64,000 nt of DNA from Scyliorhinus canicula (Eukaryota). The position numbers were made by a program, and so were the translations under genes. The notes beneath the pieces are model-generated. The model did not search any database and was not told the DNA's origin. It saw only the letters and a program-made list of their open reading frames with translations. Location: NCBI RefSeq assembly GCF_902713615.1, contig NC_052146.1, positions 310,078,335 through 310,142,334 of the forward strand, given 5' to 3'. This document shows positions 37,862 to 49,879 of this stretch, in pieces. The stretch's first letter is position 1, and each line of letters starts with the position of its first letter.

Positions 37862-40033
37862 TAGAACATAGAACATAGAACATAGAACATAGAACACAAC
37901 AGCGCAGTACGGGCCCTTCGGCCCTCGATGTTGCGCCGACCTGTGAAACCATCTGAAGCCTATCTGACCTACACTATTCCATTTTCATCCATATGTCTAT
38001 CCAGTGACCACTTAAATGCCCTTAAAGTTGGCGAGTCTACTACTGTTGCAGGCAGGGCGTTCCACACCCCGACTACTCTCTGAGTAAAGAAACTGCCTCT
38101 GACATCTGTCCTATATCTATCACCCCTCAATTTAAAGCTATGTCCCCTCGTGTTGGTCATCACCATCCGAGGAAAAAGACTCTCACTGTCCACCCTATCT
38201 AACCCTCTGACTATCTTATATGTCTCTATTAAGTCACCACTCAGCCTTCTCCTCTCTAACGAAAACAACCTCAATTCCCTGAGCCTTTCCTCGTAAGACC
38301 TTCCCTCCATACCAGGCAACATCCTAGTAAATCTCCTCTGAACCCTTTCCAAAGCTTCCACATCCTTCCTATAATGTGGTGACCAGAACTGCACGCAGTA
38401 CTCCAGGTGCGGCCGCACCAGAGTTATGTACAGCTGCAGCATGACCTTGTGGCTCCGAAACTCAATACCCCTGCTTATAAAGGCTCGCACACCATATGCC
38501 TTCTTAAAAGCCCTATTAACCTAGGTGGCAACTTTCAGGGATTTATGTACCTGGATGCCGAGGTCTCTCTGTTCATCTACACTACCAAGAATCTTGCCAT
38601 TAGCCCAGTACTCTGCATTCCTGTTACTCCTTCCAAAGTGAACCACCTCACACTTTTCCGCATTAAACTCCATCTGCCACCTCTCAGCCCAGCTCTGCAG
38701 CTTATCTATGTCCCTCTGTATCCTATAACATCCTTCAGCCCTATCCACAACTCCACCGACCTTCGTGTCATCTGCAAATTTACTAACCCATCCTTCTACA
38801 CCCTCTTCCAGGTCATTTATAAAAATGACAAACAGCAGTGGCCCCAAAACAGATCCTTGCAGTACACCACTAGTAACTGAACTCCAGGATGAACATTTTC
38901 CATCAACCACCACCCTCTGTCTTCTTTCAGCTAGCCAATTACTGATCCAAACCGCTAAATCACCTTCAATTCCATACTTCCTTATTTTCTGCAATAGCCT
39001 ACCGTGGGGAACCTTATCAAACGCCTTACTGAAATCCATATACACCACATCAACAGCTTTACCCTGATCCACCTGTTTGGTCACCTTCTCAAAAAACTCA
39101 ATAAGGTTTGTGAGGCATGACCTACCCTTCACAAAACCGTGTTGACTATCGCTAATCAACTTGTTCTTTTCAAGATGATTATAAACCCTATCTCTTATAA
39201 CCTTTTCCAACATTTTACCCACAACCGAAGTAAGGCTCACAGGTCTATAATTACCAGGGTTGTCTCTACTCCCCTTCTTGAACAAGGGTACAGCATTTGC
39301 TATCCTCCAGTCTTCCGGCACTATTTCTGTTGACAAAGACGACATAAAGATCAAGGACAAAGGCTCTGCAATCTCCTCCCTGGCTTCCCAGAGAATCCTA
39401 GGATAAATCCCATCTGGCCCAGGGGACTTATCTATTTTGACATTTTCCAAAATTGCTAACACCTCCTCCTTTTGAACCTCAATTCCATCTAGCCTGGTCG
39501 ACTGAACCTGAGTGTTCTCCTCGACAACATTGTCTTTCTCCAGTGTAAACACTGATGAAAAATATCCATTTAACGCTTCCCCTATCTCCTCTGATTCCAC
39601 ACACAACTTTCCACTACTATCCTTGATTGGCCCTAATCTTACTCTAGTCATTCTTTTGTTCCTGATATACCTATAGAAAGCCTTAGGGTTTTCCTTGATC
39701 CTATCCGCCAACGACATTTCGTGTCCTCTCCTCGCTCTTCTTAACTCTCCCTTTAGGTCCTTCCTGGCTAACTTGTAACTCTCAAGTGCCCTAACTGAGC
39801 CTTCATGTCTCATCCTAACATAAGCCTTCTTCTTCCTCTTGACAAGTGCTTCAACTTCCTTAGTAAACCACGGTTCCCTTGCTCGACAACTTCCTCCCTG
39901 CCTGACAGGTACATACTTATCAAGGACACGCAGTAGCTGTTCCTTGAAAAAGCTCCACATTTCGATTGTACCCATCCCCTGCAGTTTCCTTCCCCATCCT
40001 ATACATCCTAAATCTTGCCGAATATCATCATAG
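37862..40033 (-). mobile_element. Young CR1, 5'-truncated, one frameshift; inserted antisense into older CR1
   Basis: (AGAACAT)n tail; ORFs 38521-39975 and 37969-38490; ATTAG on both sides of the junction. Confidence 0.95.
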
Positions 40034-41320
40034 CATTAGCGAGAGGCAGCATGGTTTTGTGAAGGGAAGGTTGTGTCTCACTAACTTGATAGAGTTTATC
40101 GAGGAGGTCACAAAGATGATTGATGCAGGTAGGACAGTGGATGTTGTATGTATGGACTTCAGTAAGGCCTTTGACAAGGTCACTCATGCAGACTGGTACA
40201 AAAAATGAAGTCACACGGGATCAGAGCTGAGCTGGCAAGATGGATACAGAACTGGCTAGGTCATAGAAGGCAGAGAGTAGCAATGGAAGGGTGCTTTTCT
40301 GATTGGAGGGCTGTGACTATTGGTGTTCCACATGATTCAGTGCGAGGAACTTTGCTGTTTGTAGTATTTATAATTGATTTGGAGGAAAATGTAACTGGTC
40401 TTATTAGTAACACAAAGACGACACAAAGGTTGGTGGAATTGCGGATAGCGATGAGGACTGTCAGAGGATACCGCAGGATTTAGATAGTTTGGAGACTTGG
40501 GAGGAGAGATGGCAGATGGAGTTTAATCCGGACAAATGTGAGGTAATGCATTTTGGGAGGTCTAATACAGGTAGGGAATATACAGTGAATGGTAGAACCC
40601 TCAAGAGTATTGACAGTCAGAGAGATTGAGGTGTACAGGTCCACAGGTCACTGAAAGGGACAATACAGGTGGACAAGGTAGTCAAGAAGGCATATGGCAT
40701 GCTTGCCTTCATTGGCCGGGCATTGAGTATAAGAATTGGCAAGTCATGTAGCTGTATAGAAACCTAGTTAGACCACACTTGGAGTATAGTGTTCAATTCT
40801 GGTCGCCACATTACCAGAAGGATGTGGAGGCTTTAGAGAGGGTGCAGAAGAGATTTATCAGGATATTGCCTGGGATGGAGGGCATTAGCTATGAGGAGAG
40901 GTTGAATAAACTCGGTTTGTTCTCACTTGAACGACAGAGGGTGAGGGGCGACCTGATAGAGATCTACAAAATCATGAGGGGCATAGATAGAGTGGATCGC
41001 CAGAGGCTTTTCCCCAGGGTAGAGGGGTCAGTTACTAGGGGCCATAGGTTTAAGCTGCGAGGGGCATGGTTTAGAGGAGATGTACGAGTCAAGATCTTTA
41101 CACAGAGGGTAGTGGGTGCCTGGAATTCGCTGCTGGAGGAGGTTGTGGAAGCAGGGACGATAGTGACGTTTCAGGGGCATCTTGACAAATACATGAATAG
41201 GATGGGAATAGAGGGCTACGGACCCGGAAGTGTAGAAGGTTTTAGTTTAGACGGGCAGCTTGGTTGGCACAGGCTTGGAGAGCCGAAGGGCCTGATCCTG
41301 TGTGGTGCTTTTCTTTGTTC
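40034..41320 (+). mobile_element. Older CR1 ORF2 fragment (right part) plus 3' UTR
   Basis: QHGFVKGRLCLTNL, DFSKAFDKV, YSVQFWSPHYQKDV. Confidence 0.9.
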
Positions 41321-41329
41321 TTTGTTCTT

Positions 41330-42800
41330 TTTAATCACGTTGGAAAGGGTAGTTGGAGCAACAAATTCATAGATTACATTAGGGATAGATTCGGAGAGCA
41401 ATATGTCATGGATCAAATCAGGGAACAGGCTTTCATGGATCTGATAATGGGTAATGCAGCAGGTTTAATCAATGATCCCAGAGTGAAAGTTCACCCAGGA
41501 AGTAGTGATCATAACACAATAAATGTTACTATTCAGTTTGAGAGTGAGAAATGTGGGTCAGAAACAAGTGTGTTTAACTTAAATAAGGGGAATTACAACG
41601 AAATGAGGAGAGAGTCAGCTAAAGTGGACGGGGTGGATAGATTAACAGGAAAGACAGTAAACAAGCAGTGCCAGACATTGAAAGCAGTAATTCATGACTC
41701 TCACAGTAAGGAGGAAAGATTTGAAGAGAGGATTAAACTACTTATGACTGACCATGGAAGTTAAGGAGAGTATTAAGTTGAAAGAAAATCCATATAAAGA
41801 GTCATAAATTCAGAATCTATAAAAGGAGGATTAAAAAGATAATAAAGAGAGAGGAAATAAACTCTGAGGGAAAACTAATGGGAAATATAAAATAACTGAC
41901 AATAAGAGCTTCTTTAAATATATCAAAAGGAAGAGAGAGGTCAAAGTGTAGGCACCTTAGAAAATGAATCTGGGGAGAAAGTTATGGGGAACAAGGAAAT
42001 GACAGAGGGGTTAAACAGATATTTTGCATCAGTCTTTATGGCGGAAGATGCTTCAAACACCCCATTAATACTAAAGAATACGGGGGAGGAATTAAATACC
42101 ATCACCATTGTTAGAGAAGTAGTAATAGACAAACTAATGGGGAAAAGGCAGATCAGTCCCTTGGCCATGATGGCTTGTGCCCCAGGACCCTAAAAGAAGT
42201 AGCCACAGAGATAGCGGATGCATTGGTTGTAATTTACAAATAGTCTTTGGATTGCGGAAAATTATCAGAGGATTGGAAAACTGCCAATGAGACTCCTCTA
42301 CTCAAAAAGTCAGGAAGCAATAAGCAGGTAACTATCGGCCAATTAGCCTGACCTTCACTGAACCGCCTCCAGTGAATAATCTAAACAGCAGAGTCAGCGT
42401 GGCTTCATGAAAGGGAAATCGTGTCTGACTCATTTATTGGGGTTTTTTGAGGAAGTCTCAATCCGTGAATAGAGGGGAACCTGTAGATGTTTTTATTTGG
42501 ACTTCCAGAAGGTGGTCACAAGGTAACTCACAAAAGGTTAAGTTATAAGGTAAGAGGCCCATGGTGTTGGAGGTGGGGTATAGACATGGAGAGAGAATTG
42601 GCTAATGGGCAGGAAACAGGGAGTGGGGATAAGGGGATCTTTTTCAGGTTGGTAACCTGTAACCAGTGGGTCCCACAGGGATCAGTGCTGGGACCCACAC
42701 TGTTTACAATATAGATTAATGACTTGGAGGAAGGAGGCAGGCAGCAGAGAATCCAGCGCCTTTATTCCAGTGGAGGCAGTTCAGAGATGGTTCACCAGGA
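41330..42800 (+). mobile_element. Highly degenerate CR1-type LINE fragments
   Basis: GSSDHNTI, KGNYNEMR, VPQGSVLGPTLFTI remnants. Confidence 0.75.
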
Positions 42801-43479
42801 AGATCCCGGGATGGAGGGATTGTCTTCTGAGCAAAGGTCAAACTGGTTCGAGCTTTACTGATTGGACATTGGAAGAATAAGAGGGATGATCACAGTGAAA
42901 CATGATGATTCTACAGTGCAAACAGATCACACAGTTAGGCCCCCCGAGCAACTGCTTAATGTCTGAGTCATTGAAATGTGGCTCGTGTGTTAATAAATCT
43001 GATCATCACTTTCCACTGATACCATCCCCCTGGAGTCACAAAGGTGGAAATCTCTTTAACTCTGGGCGTTAAAGGAACCTGCCAATGCCCCTTTAACAAA
43101 TCAACTTTCCAAAGGCACAAGGCACTGCCGATCCTATCGATCCAGCCTCCATCCCGGGAATGGGATACAAATCCGTTTTGGTGATGGCATTGACTTTCCG
43201 GTTGTCTATACAGACGGGTTTGTCCCATCCAGCTGAGGGACTAACGTGACCGGCGAACTCCAGCTTCTCTTACTCACTCACTGAAATGATTGTCCAGCAT
43301 GTGTTGGATTTCTGCTTCATTCTGAGCCCCTTTCTGATGGTTCAGTCGATATGGATGGTGTTTTATTGGGTTGGAGTCACCTACGTCTGTATCATGTTGA
43401 GTTAGTGTCATGCACCCCACTGTGTCCCAACAAATCTTCCTATTCTTCTGCAGGACCATCATGACATCTTTTTGTTGCT

Positions 43480-44110
43480 CCTCTTTACTATCTCACTCTT
43501 ACTATCTCCGTTCTCTCCCCTGCCTCACTCTTACTATCTCTGTCCCTTCCCCTGTCTCACTCTTACTATCTCTGACCCTTCCCCTGCCTCATTCTTACTA
43601 TCTCTGTCCCTTCCCCTGTCTCACTCTTACTATCTCTGACCCTTCCCCTGCCTCACTCTTACTATCTCTGTCCCTTCCCCGGCCTCACTCTTACTATCTC
43701 TGTCCCTTCCCCTGCCTCACTCTATCTCTGTCCCTTCCCCTGCCTCACTCTTACTATGTCTGTCCCTTCCCCGGCCTCACTCTTACTATCTCTGTCCCTT
43801 CCCCTGTCTCACTCTTACTATCTCTGTCCCTTCCCCGCCTCACTCTTACTATGTCTGTCCCTTCCCCGGCCTCACTCTTACTATCTCTGTCCCTTCCCCT
43901 GTCTCACTCTTACGATCTCTGTCCCTTCCCCTGCCTCACTCTTACTATCTCTGTTCTCTCCCCTGCCTCACTCTTACTATCTCTGTCCCTTCCCCTGCCT
44001 CACTCTTACCATCTCTGTCCCTTCCCCTGCCTCACTCTTACTATCTCTGTCCCTTCCCCTGCCTCACTCTTACTATCTCTGTCCCTTCCCCTGACTCACT
44101 ATTATTATCT
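43480..44110. repeat. 32-bp pyrimidine-rich minisatellite
   Basis: Unit CTCACTCTTACTATCTCTGTCCCTTCCCCTGC, about 19 copies. Confidence 0.96.
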
Positions 44111-44736
44111 CTGATCTCTTCCACTACTTGCACCACCTGACACGTTGGTTCCTTCTTATCTCCTTTCCTGAGATGGTATTTTTTCAACATATTTCTGTGG
44201 TATAATCAGCCCATCTTCCTGCGGTCTGGAGTATCTATTGGATACGTTACCTCACTCACCCCCCCCCGCTAACTACCTTTTGGGGCCGCTGAATTTCACT
44301 TTCAGAGGGTCACCCTGGAAAGGTAACAATACCAGCCCCTCATCTCCAGACGGAATGTTCTGGATCTGGCACGTTTGTCTGTCCACATTTTCAGTCTTTC
44401 TCCCGAAACCTTTCAATGCTCTCGGGCGACCTGACAAACTCTTGTGGGTCTTTCCAGAAACATGGACACATAATCCCACATTGAGGATTCAGCTTTCTGT
44501 TTCCGAAACTTCACTTTCATCAACTCTAACGGACCCCGTACTTCATGGCCATTGACCAATTCAAATGGACTAAACCCAGTAGATTCGCTCAGAGAATCCC
44601 TGGGGGAAAATAGTAAAAAATCCCTTGTTGAATATTCATGGCAATCGGCCCTAATCATGGTTTTGAGAATTTGTGATATCTCTCCAAAGCTCCTGAGTTT
44701 GTGGAGGATAGACGGTTGATTCTAATTGTTTGAAAC

Positions 44737-44992
44737 TGTTATGACCCACATGAGGCCTACGGGGTCGGACAAATTACTCTCCCTGTGAGTCGCGTTGAGT
44801 ACGAGCTTCCCCATTGAGGGGCCGGGGCCCCATCAGCGGAGCAATGGACACTGTGTATAAAAGCTTGGCCCGATTAGGGGCTGGGTGGAGAAGTCCCGAT
44901 TGGGACCTGTACACATCGTCTAAACAGTTAGTTGAATCATAAATAACCAGTTTCTCTAAGCCTCTCGTGTGGTCTCCTCTGTGGTCACAATA
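44737..44992 (+). mobile_element. Solo LTR nested in the Gmr1-like integrase
   Basis: TGTTATGACC...GGTCACAATA termini; flanks GAAAC/GATAC (4 of 5 match); TATAAAAG at ~44856. Confidence 0.85.
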
Positions 44993-45749
44993 GATACCAG
45001 AAACTATGAATTATGCTGCGGAAAATGTCAGACAGAGTTTGAACCCTGGTCAGATTGTGTTTCTGAGGGTAGGCCACAGCGTGTGAAGATCTGTGTCAAC
45101 GTTCCCACTATTTCATTAATTGTAATTGTTCTTCAAGTTCTAACTTATGGAAATTAGGTTGCCCTACCCATGACTGTAAGAATGTACTGATTCCCTGCCT
45201 TCATTTTAGGCAATGGTCCCTCACAATCTACCGATACCTGACTAACTGGTTCTTCAAACACTGATATGGGTATTAAAGTTGGTGGTTTAGTCACATCTTG
45301 TGGTTTGCCTATTACCTGGCAGTTAGAACAGGTTCTACAGAATTTCACTGCATCCTGATACAGTCCTGATCAGGAGAAATGCCTGTTGACTGATTCCTGA
45401 GTTTTCCGAATTCCCACATGTCCTACCAATGTAATCTCATGACCTCCTCACCATATTTCCCAATCAATTTCGGCGGTCCCACAATCTGATGACCAACGAC
45501 CATTTCTCATCCGCAGGTCTGTGAGGATGTCCCAACATTCCCATCAGTTCTCCATTCCTAACATCCCAGCATTCTGGAACCCCTCAGCCTCAACCTCTGT
45601 GAGAGCTGACTGGGCTAACTGTGTAACCCTGTGTCTTCCTCCTGGGCATCAATTAATGAATTCCCACCAAACAATTCCTCGGAATTACCCTCATTCTCAA
45701 GGATAGTTTTGGCTATTTGACCATCCAATGCTGTTGTTACTTCAATCTC

Positions 45750-46720
45750 TGATGGTGAACTTTGATTGGCCTTTCTGAGAGCCTCCTGGGGCGATATTGG
45801 ACAGATCGACCGGAGCGGTCCAGGCATTGGAAATGCATCTTGGAAACACTGATGCACTGCTCAATGACGCTCCTGGTAGCTGCTGAGCCCTAGGAGGGTT
45901 TCCAAAACTGTGCTGGATGCTGTCTCCTCAAAATACTGTGCAGCAGAGGAGTGACATTCTGGAGGAGGAGGAGGAACAATGGCAGGTCACGTCTGACGAG
46001 GACAATGAGGAGGGTGTCCAGGAAGAACCGGGGATGGAGCCCGGTCTGACAGAGCAGCCGCTTTGACAAAGAGTCACTCAGACTGGAAACGTTAGCTCCC
46101 TTCTCTCTCCACAGATGCTGTCAGATCTGCTGAGGTTGCCCAGTAGATAGTGAGCTTAGCTGGTTGTCCTCCAAAATTCATTCTCTGCAGGCAGGAAGGG
46201 GAAAACATGTCAGCAAGATGGGCATTCCCTTGTCCATCCAACACCACCAGGTTACACAGTGACCCCGAGTTGTACTTCAGCATCACCCTCACCACATCCC
46301 CCAACCCACCCTCACCCCTCAGCCCCCCTCTGCCCCCCTCCCAAGATATGTTGCCATCCGCATTGCACCCCTGTCCCAATCAGAGAGTGACACTGATGAG
46401 CCTCTATCTTCACCACACACCACCCGTCCCTGTCAACAGGGGTAACGGTGGCTGCTGTAATCCGTGTCAGCGACAGGCTCTGTGGCCCCTGTCCTCTTCC
46501 TCAAAGGGGTCACCTATGGGTGCTCTGATTGGGTGGGCCGTGTGTTATCCTGACAGCAGCGTGGCACCTGATTGTGGAGTGGAGAGGGTCACCGAATGCA
46601 TCAATCACTTCCATGCTTAGGAGCTGGTGTGTGGACAGGTCCAAGAGTCAGGGGTCCGTTGGAGTGGAGGGTCCATGGGTCCCACAGCACATTCTGTCCA
46701 TAAAGACCAACTCTGCTTGG
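45750..46720 (+). mobile_element. Decayed Harbinger transposase fragments
   Basis: QQRSDILEEEEEQ acidic tail and other weak transposase-like segments, interrupted by a short Penelope-type end at ~46050-46140. Confidence 0.5.
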
Positions 46721-46724
46721 AGCT

Positions 46725-47015
46725 AGAGAATTTACAGTGCAGCCGGAGGCTATTCGGCCCATCAAGTCTGTAGTGACAGAGCACTGCACCCAGGCTCACT
46801 ACCCCGTCCTATCCCCGTCCTATTCCGGTAACCCCGCACATGGCCAAGCCACCTAACCTGCACATCTCTGGGCTGTGGGAGGAAACCCGGAGCTCCCTGA
46901 GGAAACCCACACAGAGACGGGGAGAATGTACAAACTCTGCACCGTCACCTGAGGCCGGAATTGAACCCGCGTCCCTGGCGGAGTGAGGCAGCAGTGCTAA
47001 CCACTGTGCCACCCA
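46725..47015 (-). mobile_element. V-SINE-like SINE
   Basis: Reverse A and B boxes and core. Confidence 0.85.
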
Positions 47016-47880
47016 ACACCTTCCTGAGAGATTCATTGGCTCACTCACCACCTGAGCTGTATTTCCCTCGATTTGCCTCTCCTGGGACCCCCACTGGCTC
47101 CGTGCCCCTTACCAATATTAAAACTGTCAGTTGGAGGGACAGGGTTTGGCTCCCTCAAATGTATTTCCAGTCTCTCTCAGTTACCCCCACTCCCATGCCC
47201 ACCGTGTTGCAGTAGCAGCTGGTAAAGATCCCAGTCCCTGAGGAATGGAGGGATAGAGACGACATTCCTCCCAATCTGACCCCCCGGAGCCTAACCTGTG
47301 GAGAGGCCTCAGTTTTCACAAACCCAATAGGCTGTGGTTCTGTTGATCCGTGGGGTGGTCCTGTCCCTTTAAATGTCTGACTGTCTCTTCGAATGTTGCA
47401 GACACTTCCCATTCTAATTCCCAAACCTGCTTCCTATTGTGAGAAACACTCTCCCACTATTGGTTCAGTAAAGATAGCTCCAATCTCCATGGACTGCAGC
47501 AGTTCAAGAAGGCAGCTCACCACCGCCTCCTTCAGGGCAATTAGGGATGGGTAATAAAAGCTGGCCTAGCCAGCGACACCCACATCCCAGGAATTCATTT
47601 AGACACTAACTGGGAGAGGTCAGTGTGTTTGAGAGAGCTGTTCCACAGTGTGAGAACAATATTGCATTTCACAATTATATCAACACATCTGTACTGCTGA
47701 GATCAGCACAGAGTAACCCCCAGGATAGAAATCATTAACAAACTAACACAACTAGATCAGTCTCAGAAGCTGTTTCCTCTCTTTAACACAGAACTTCTAC
47801 TGCCTGGACTGTCCCTTTAAATACTCACAGCAAACTTTCAGCTCAGAATTTAACTCACTGATTTTGTTTTTCTCTGAAAG

Positions 47881-48225
47881 GTGCGACTGATCCAGTCCTT
47901 ATCCAGTCTCCGAGTGTGGAACATGTCACAGAGGGTCAGACTGCACGGTTACAGTGCTCCATGCAGAACGCCGCAGTGAGAGACAGAAATGTTTATTGGT
48001 ACCGGGAGCTGCCAGGGAAACAGAGGGAGTGGATTTTAGTACATTATGCACGGAATAACGTATACCGGTATTCAGGTTACTCTGAGCGTTTCCAGCCTTC
48101 CAGACACATCGACTCCAACAGCTTCATCCTGACAATCAGCAACGTGCAGCCCAGTGACACTGCCGTCTATTACTGCTCAATGCGGGGAGGGATCTATGGG
48201 AATGGAAGCCGGCTGAATGTAACCA
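47881..48225 (+). CDS. V-set Ig exon V1 (antigen-receptor-like V with fused J-like strand)
   Basis: Acceptor TTTTGTTTTTCTCTGAAAG|, donor A|GTAAGT, 345 nt, phase 1-1, open. GATDPVLIQSP...LQC...VYWYRELPGK...RF...FILTISNVQPSDTAVYYC-SMRGGI-YGNGSRLNVT: B-strand Cys, C-strand Trp, DxAxYYC and GxG J-like motif. Confidence 0.93.
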
Positions 48226-49879
48226 GTAAGTAGAGTTTTCATTCCAATTACCCACAGCAATAACCTCTTCCAGATGAGTGAATTGGAGATGAGTTTGTGA
48301 TGATGAAGAGCTAGGAGGTGATGTAAAGTGATCTTACTGATGGGTTCACTGTGGGGAAGAAGCTGAGCTCAGCTTCAGCAATTCCCCAAAGTTCCACATC
48401 TCTGGCTTTATCCTGAGGGGGTGTCTGGGGAGGTTAGTGCCGTCTGGCTGTTTACTGAGCTGCACAGAAACTTTGTCTCAGCCGAGTCCGAATGTTGGAC
48501 AGACATTTGGAGAGAGTGGGAAGAACATTGGGATCAATGGAGGAGGTGGAGAGACTGATCTGAGTGATGGTGAAGATGGGAATGTTGACCAGGTTTCTGA
48601 GGGTGAAATGAGGATGAGGAGGGAGCCAGGGATGGTGCCCTGGGGACACAGCAGAGACGATCATTCAGACACTGGAGGAGAAATCCTTTGGTGCTGATAT
48701 AATGTGGATGATGTGAGCAGCAGGAGTGGGACCGTGAGAGAGCAGTGCCAGGGGCTGGAATGTGGATCAGAGACTTTTAAACAGGAACCTGTGCTCAGTG
48801 GTGTTAAACAGAGTGGAGAGGTGAAAGATTCTGAGGAGGGATAGACAGTGGCCATCACATTCACACAGATATCAGTTATGATGTTGATCAGTGGAGTGCC
48901 AGTGTTGTGGGTGAGAGTGAAGACTGATTGCAGGATCAGGAGCTGGCAGTGGGCAGGAGGTGGCTCCCAATTGCCAGCAGCAAGAGTCAGTCCAATGGAT
49001 GGTTTGATTGTGGAGACAAAGAAATGGCTCGGTTGCTGAGAATGTGTGTGTGAAATGAGCATGGATTGTGTGGGGACGAGTGGACAGACGGTCAGATCTA
49101 AGCACAGCTGTCTTTTCACATCCAGTCAGGAATGATGGTGGGGAGTTGGGAGGATCCCGGACCAGACCCCAACTTTTGTTAGGATCCCGGCCAGGAAACC
49201 CCAAACAATTTACAATTCATCAAACTGTGAGGAAAGGATATTTCACCCCAGGAGTGATGACTGACCAATAGGTATCATTTATGTTGAAACAAACTTTAAT
49301 TTAAGCACAGAATTAACCACATTGTCAGTAAGTGTAAAGTCCCCATCGTCCCAGATGAACATTGGCTGCTTTCCCCTTTGAGGGGGAGAGCTGACTGGTG
49401 GTTATTTAACCTGAGGGTCACCCTCACCTCAGGCGAGGGGTAAGGTTGGGAAGGCGGGGCCTTCATACAGTTCGGGTGGGGACACGGGAATTGAACCTGG
49501 GGCCTTGTGTGTGCCAAACATCCACTCTGACACTGACCTAATCCCCACCTAGGAAGGCGGGTCCTTCATGAATAACCTCAGCCTATACGGGAATTGAACC
49601 CACGCTGCTGGCCTTGCTCTGCATCACAAACCAGCTGTCAGGGCAATTGAAAATGAAAATCGCTTATTGTCACGAGTAGGCATTCAAATGAAGTTACTGT
49701 GAAAAGCCCCTAGTCACCACATTCCGGCACCTGTTCGGGGAGGCTGTTACAGGAATCTAACCGTGCTGCTGGCTTGTCTTGGTCTGGTTTCAAAGCCAGT
49801 GATTTAGCCCAGTGAGCTAAACAGCCCCTTTTGAGGGGGTTTGAGCTAACCCGGCCCCTTTAACCACATCAACAGCAAC

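Larger units (their letters stand above)
42960..45500 (-). mobile_element. Degenerate Gypsy-type LTR retrotransposon pol with integrase upstream of RT (Gmr1-like)
   Basis: Minus-strand order: IN (FCRTCSNCQVIGKP, VDCEGPLPK, GFSPFELV.GHEVRGPL, FSGP) at 45500-44270, then RT (PIKHHPYRLN, DLLKGHWQVPLT..KEISTFVTP) at 43460-42970. Confidence 0.85.

Noticed and set aside
47160-47221. Local leader for V1 (...VAVAA G|GTAAAG)
   Set aside because: Phase and donor fit, but there is no in-frame ATG; the nearby ATG frame hits TAG. Kept only as an alternative.
47644-47650. Perfect RSS heptamer CACAGTG upstream of V1
   Set aside because: No nonamer at 12 or 23 nt spacing, and it is on the wrong side of the V exon.
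47657-47700. Leader-like ATA TTG CAT TTC ACA ATT... upstream of V1
   Set aside because: Lacks both ATG and a GT donor.
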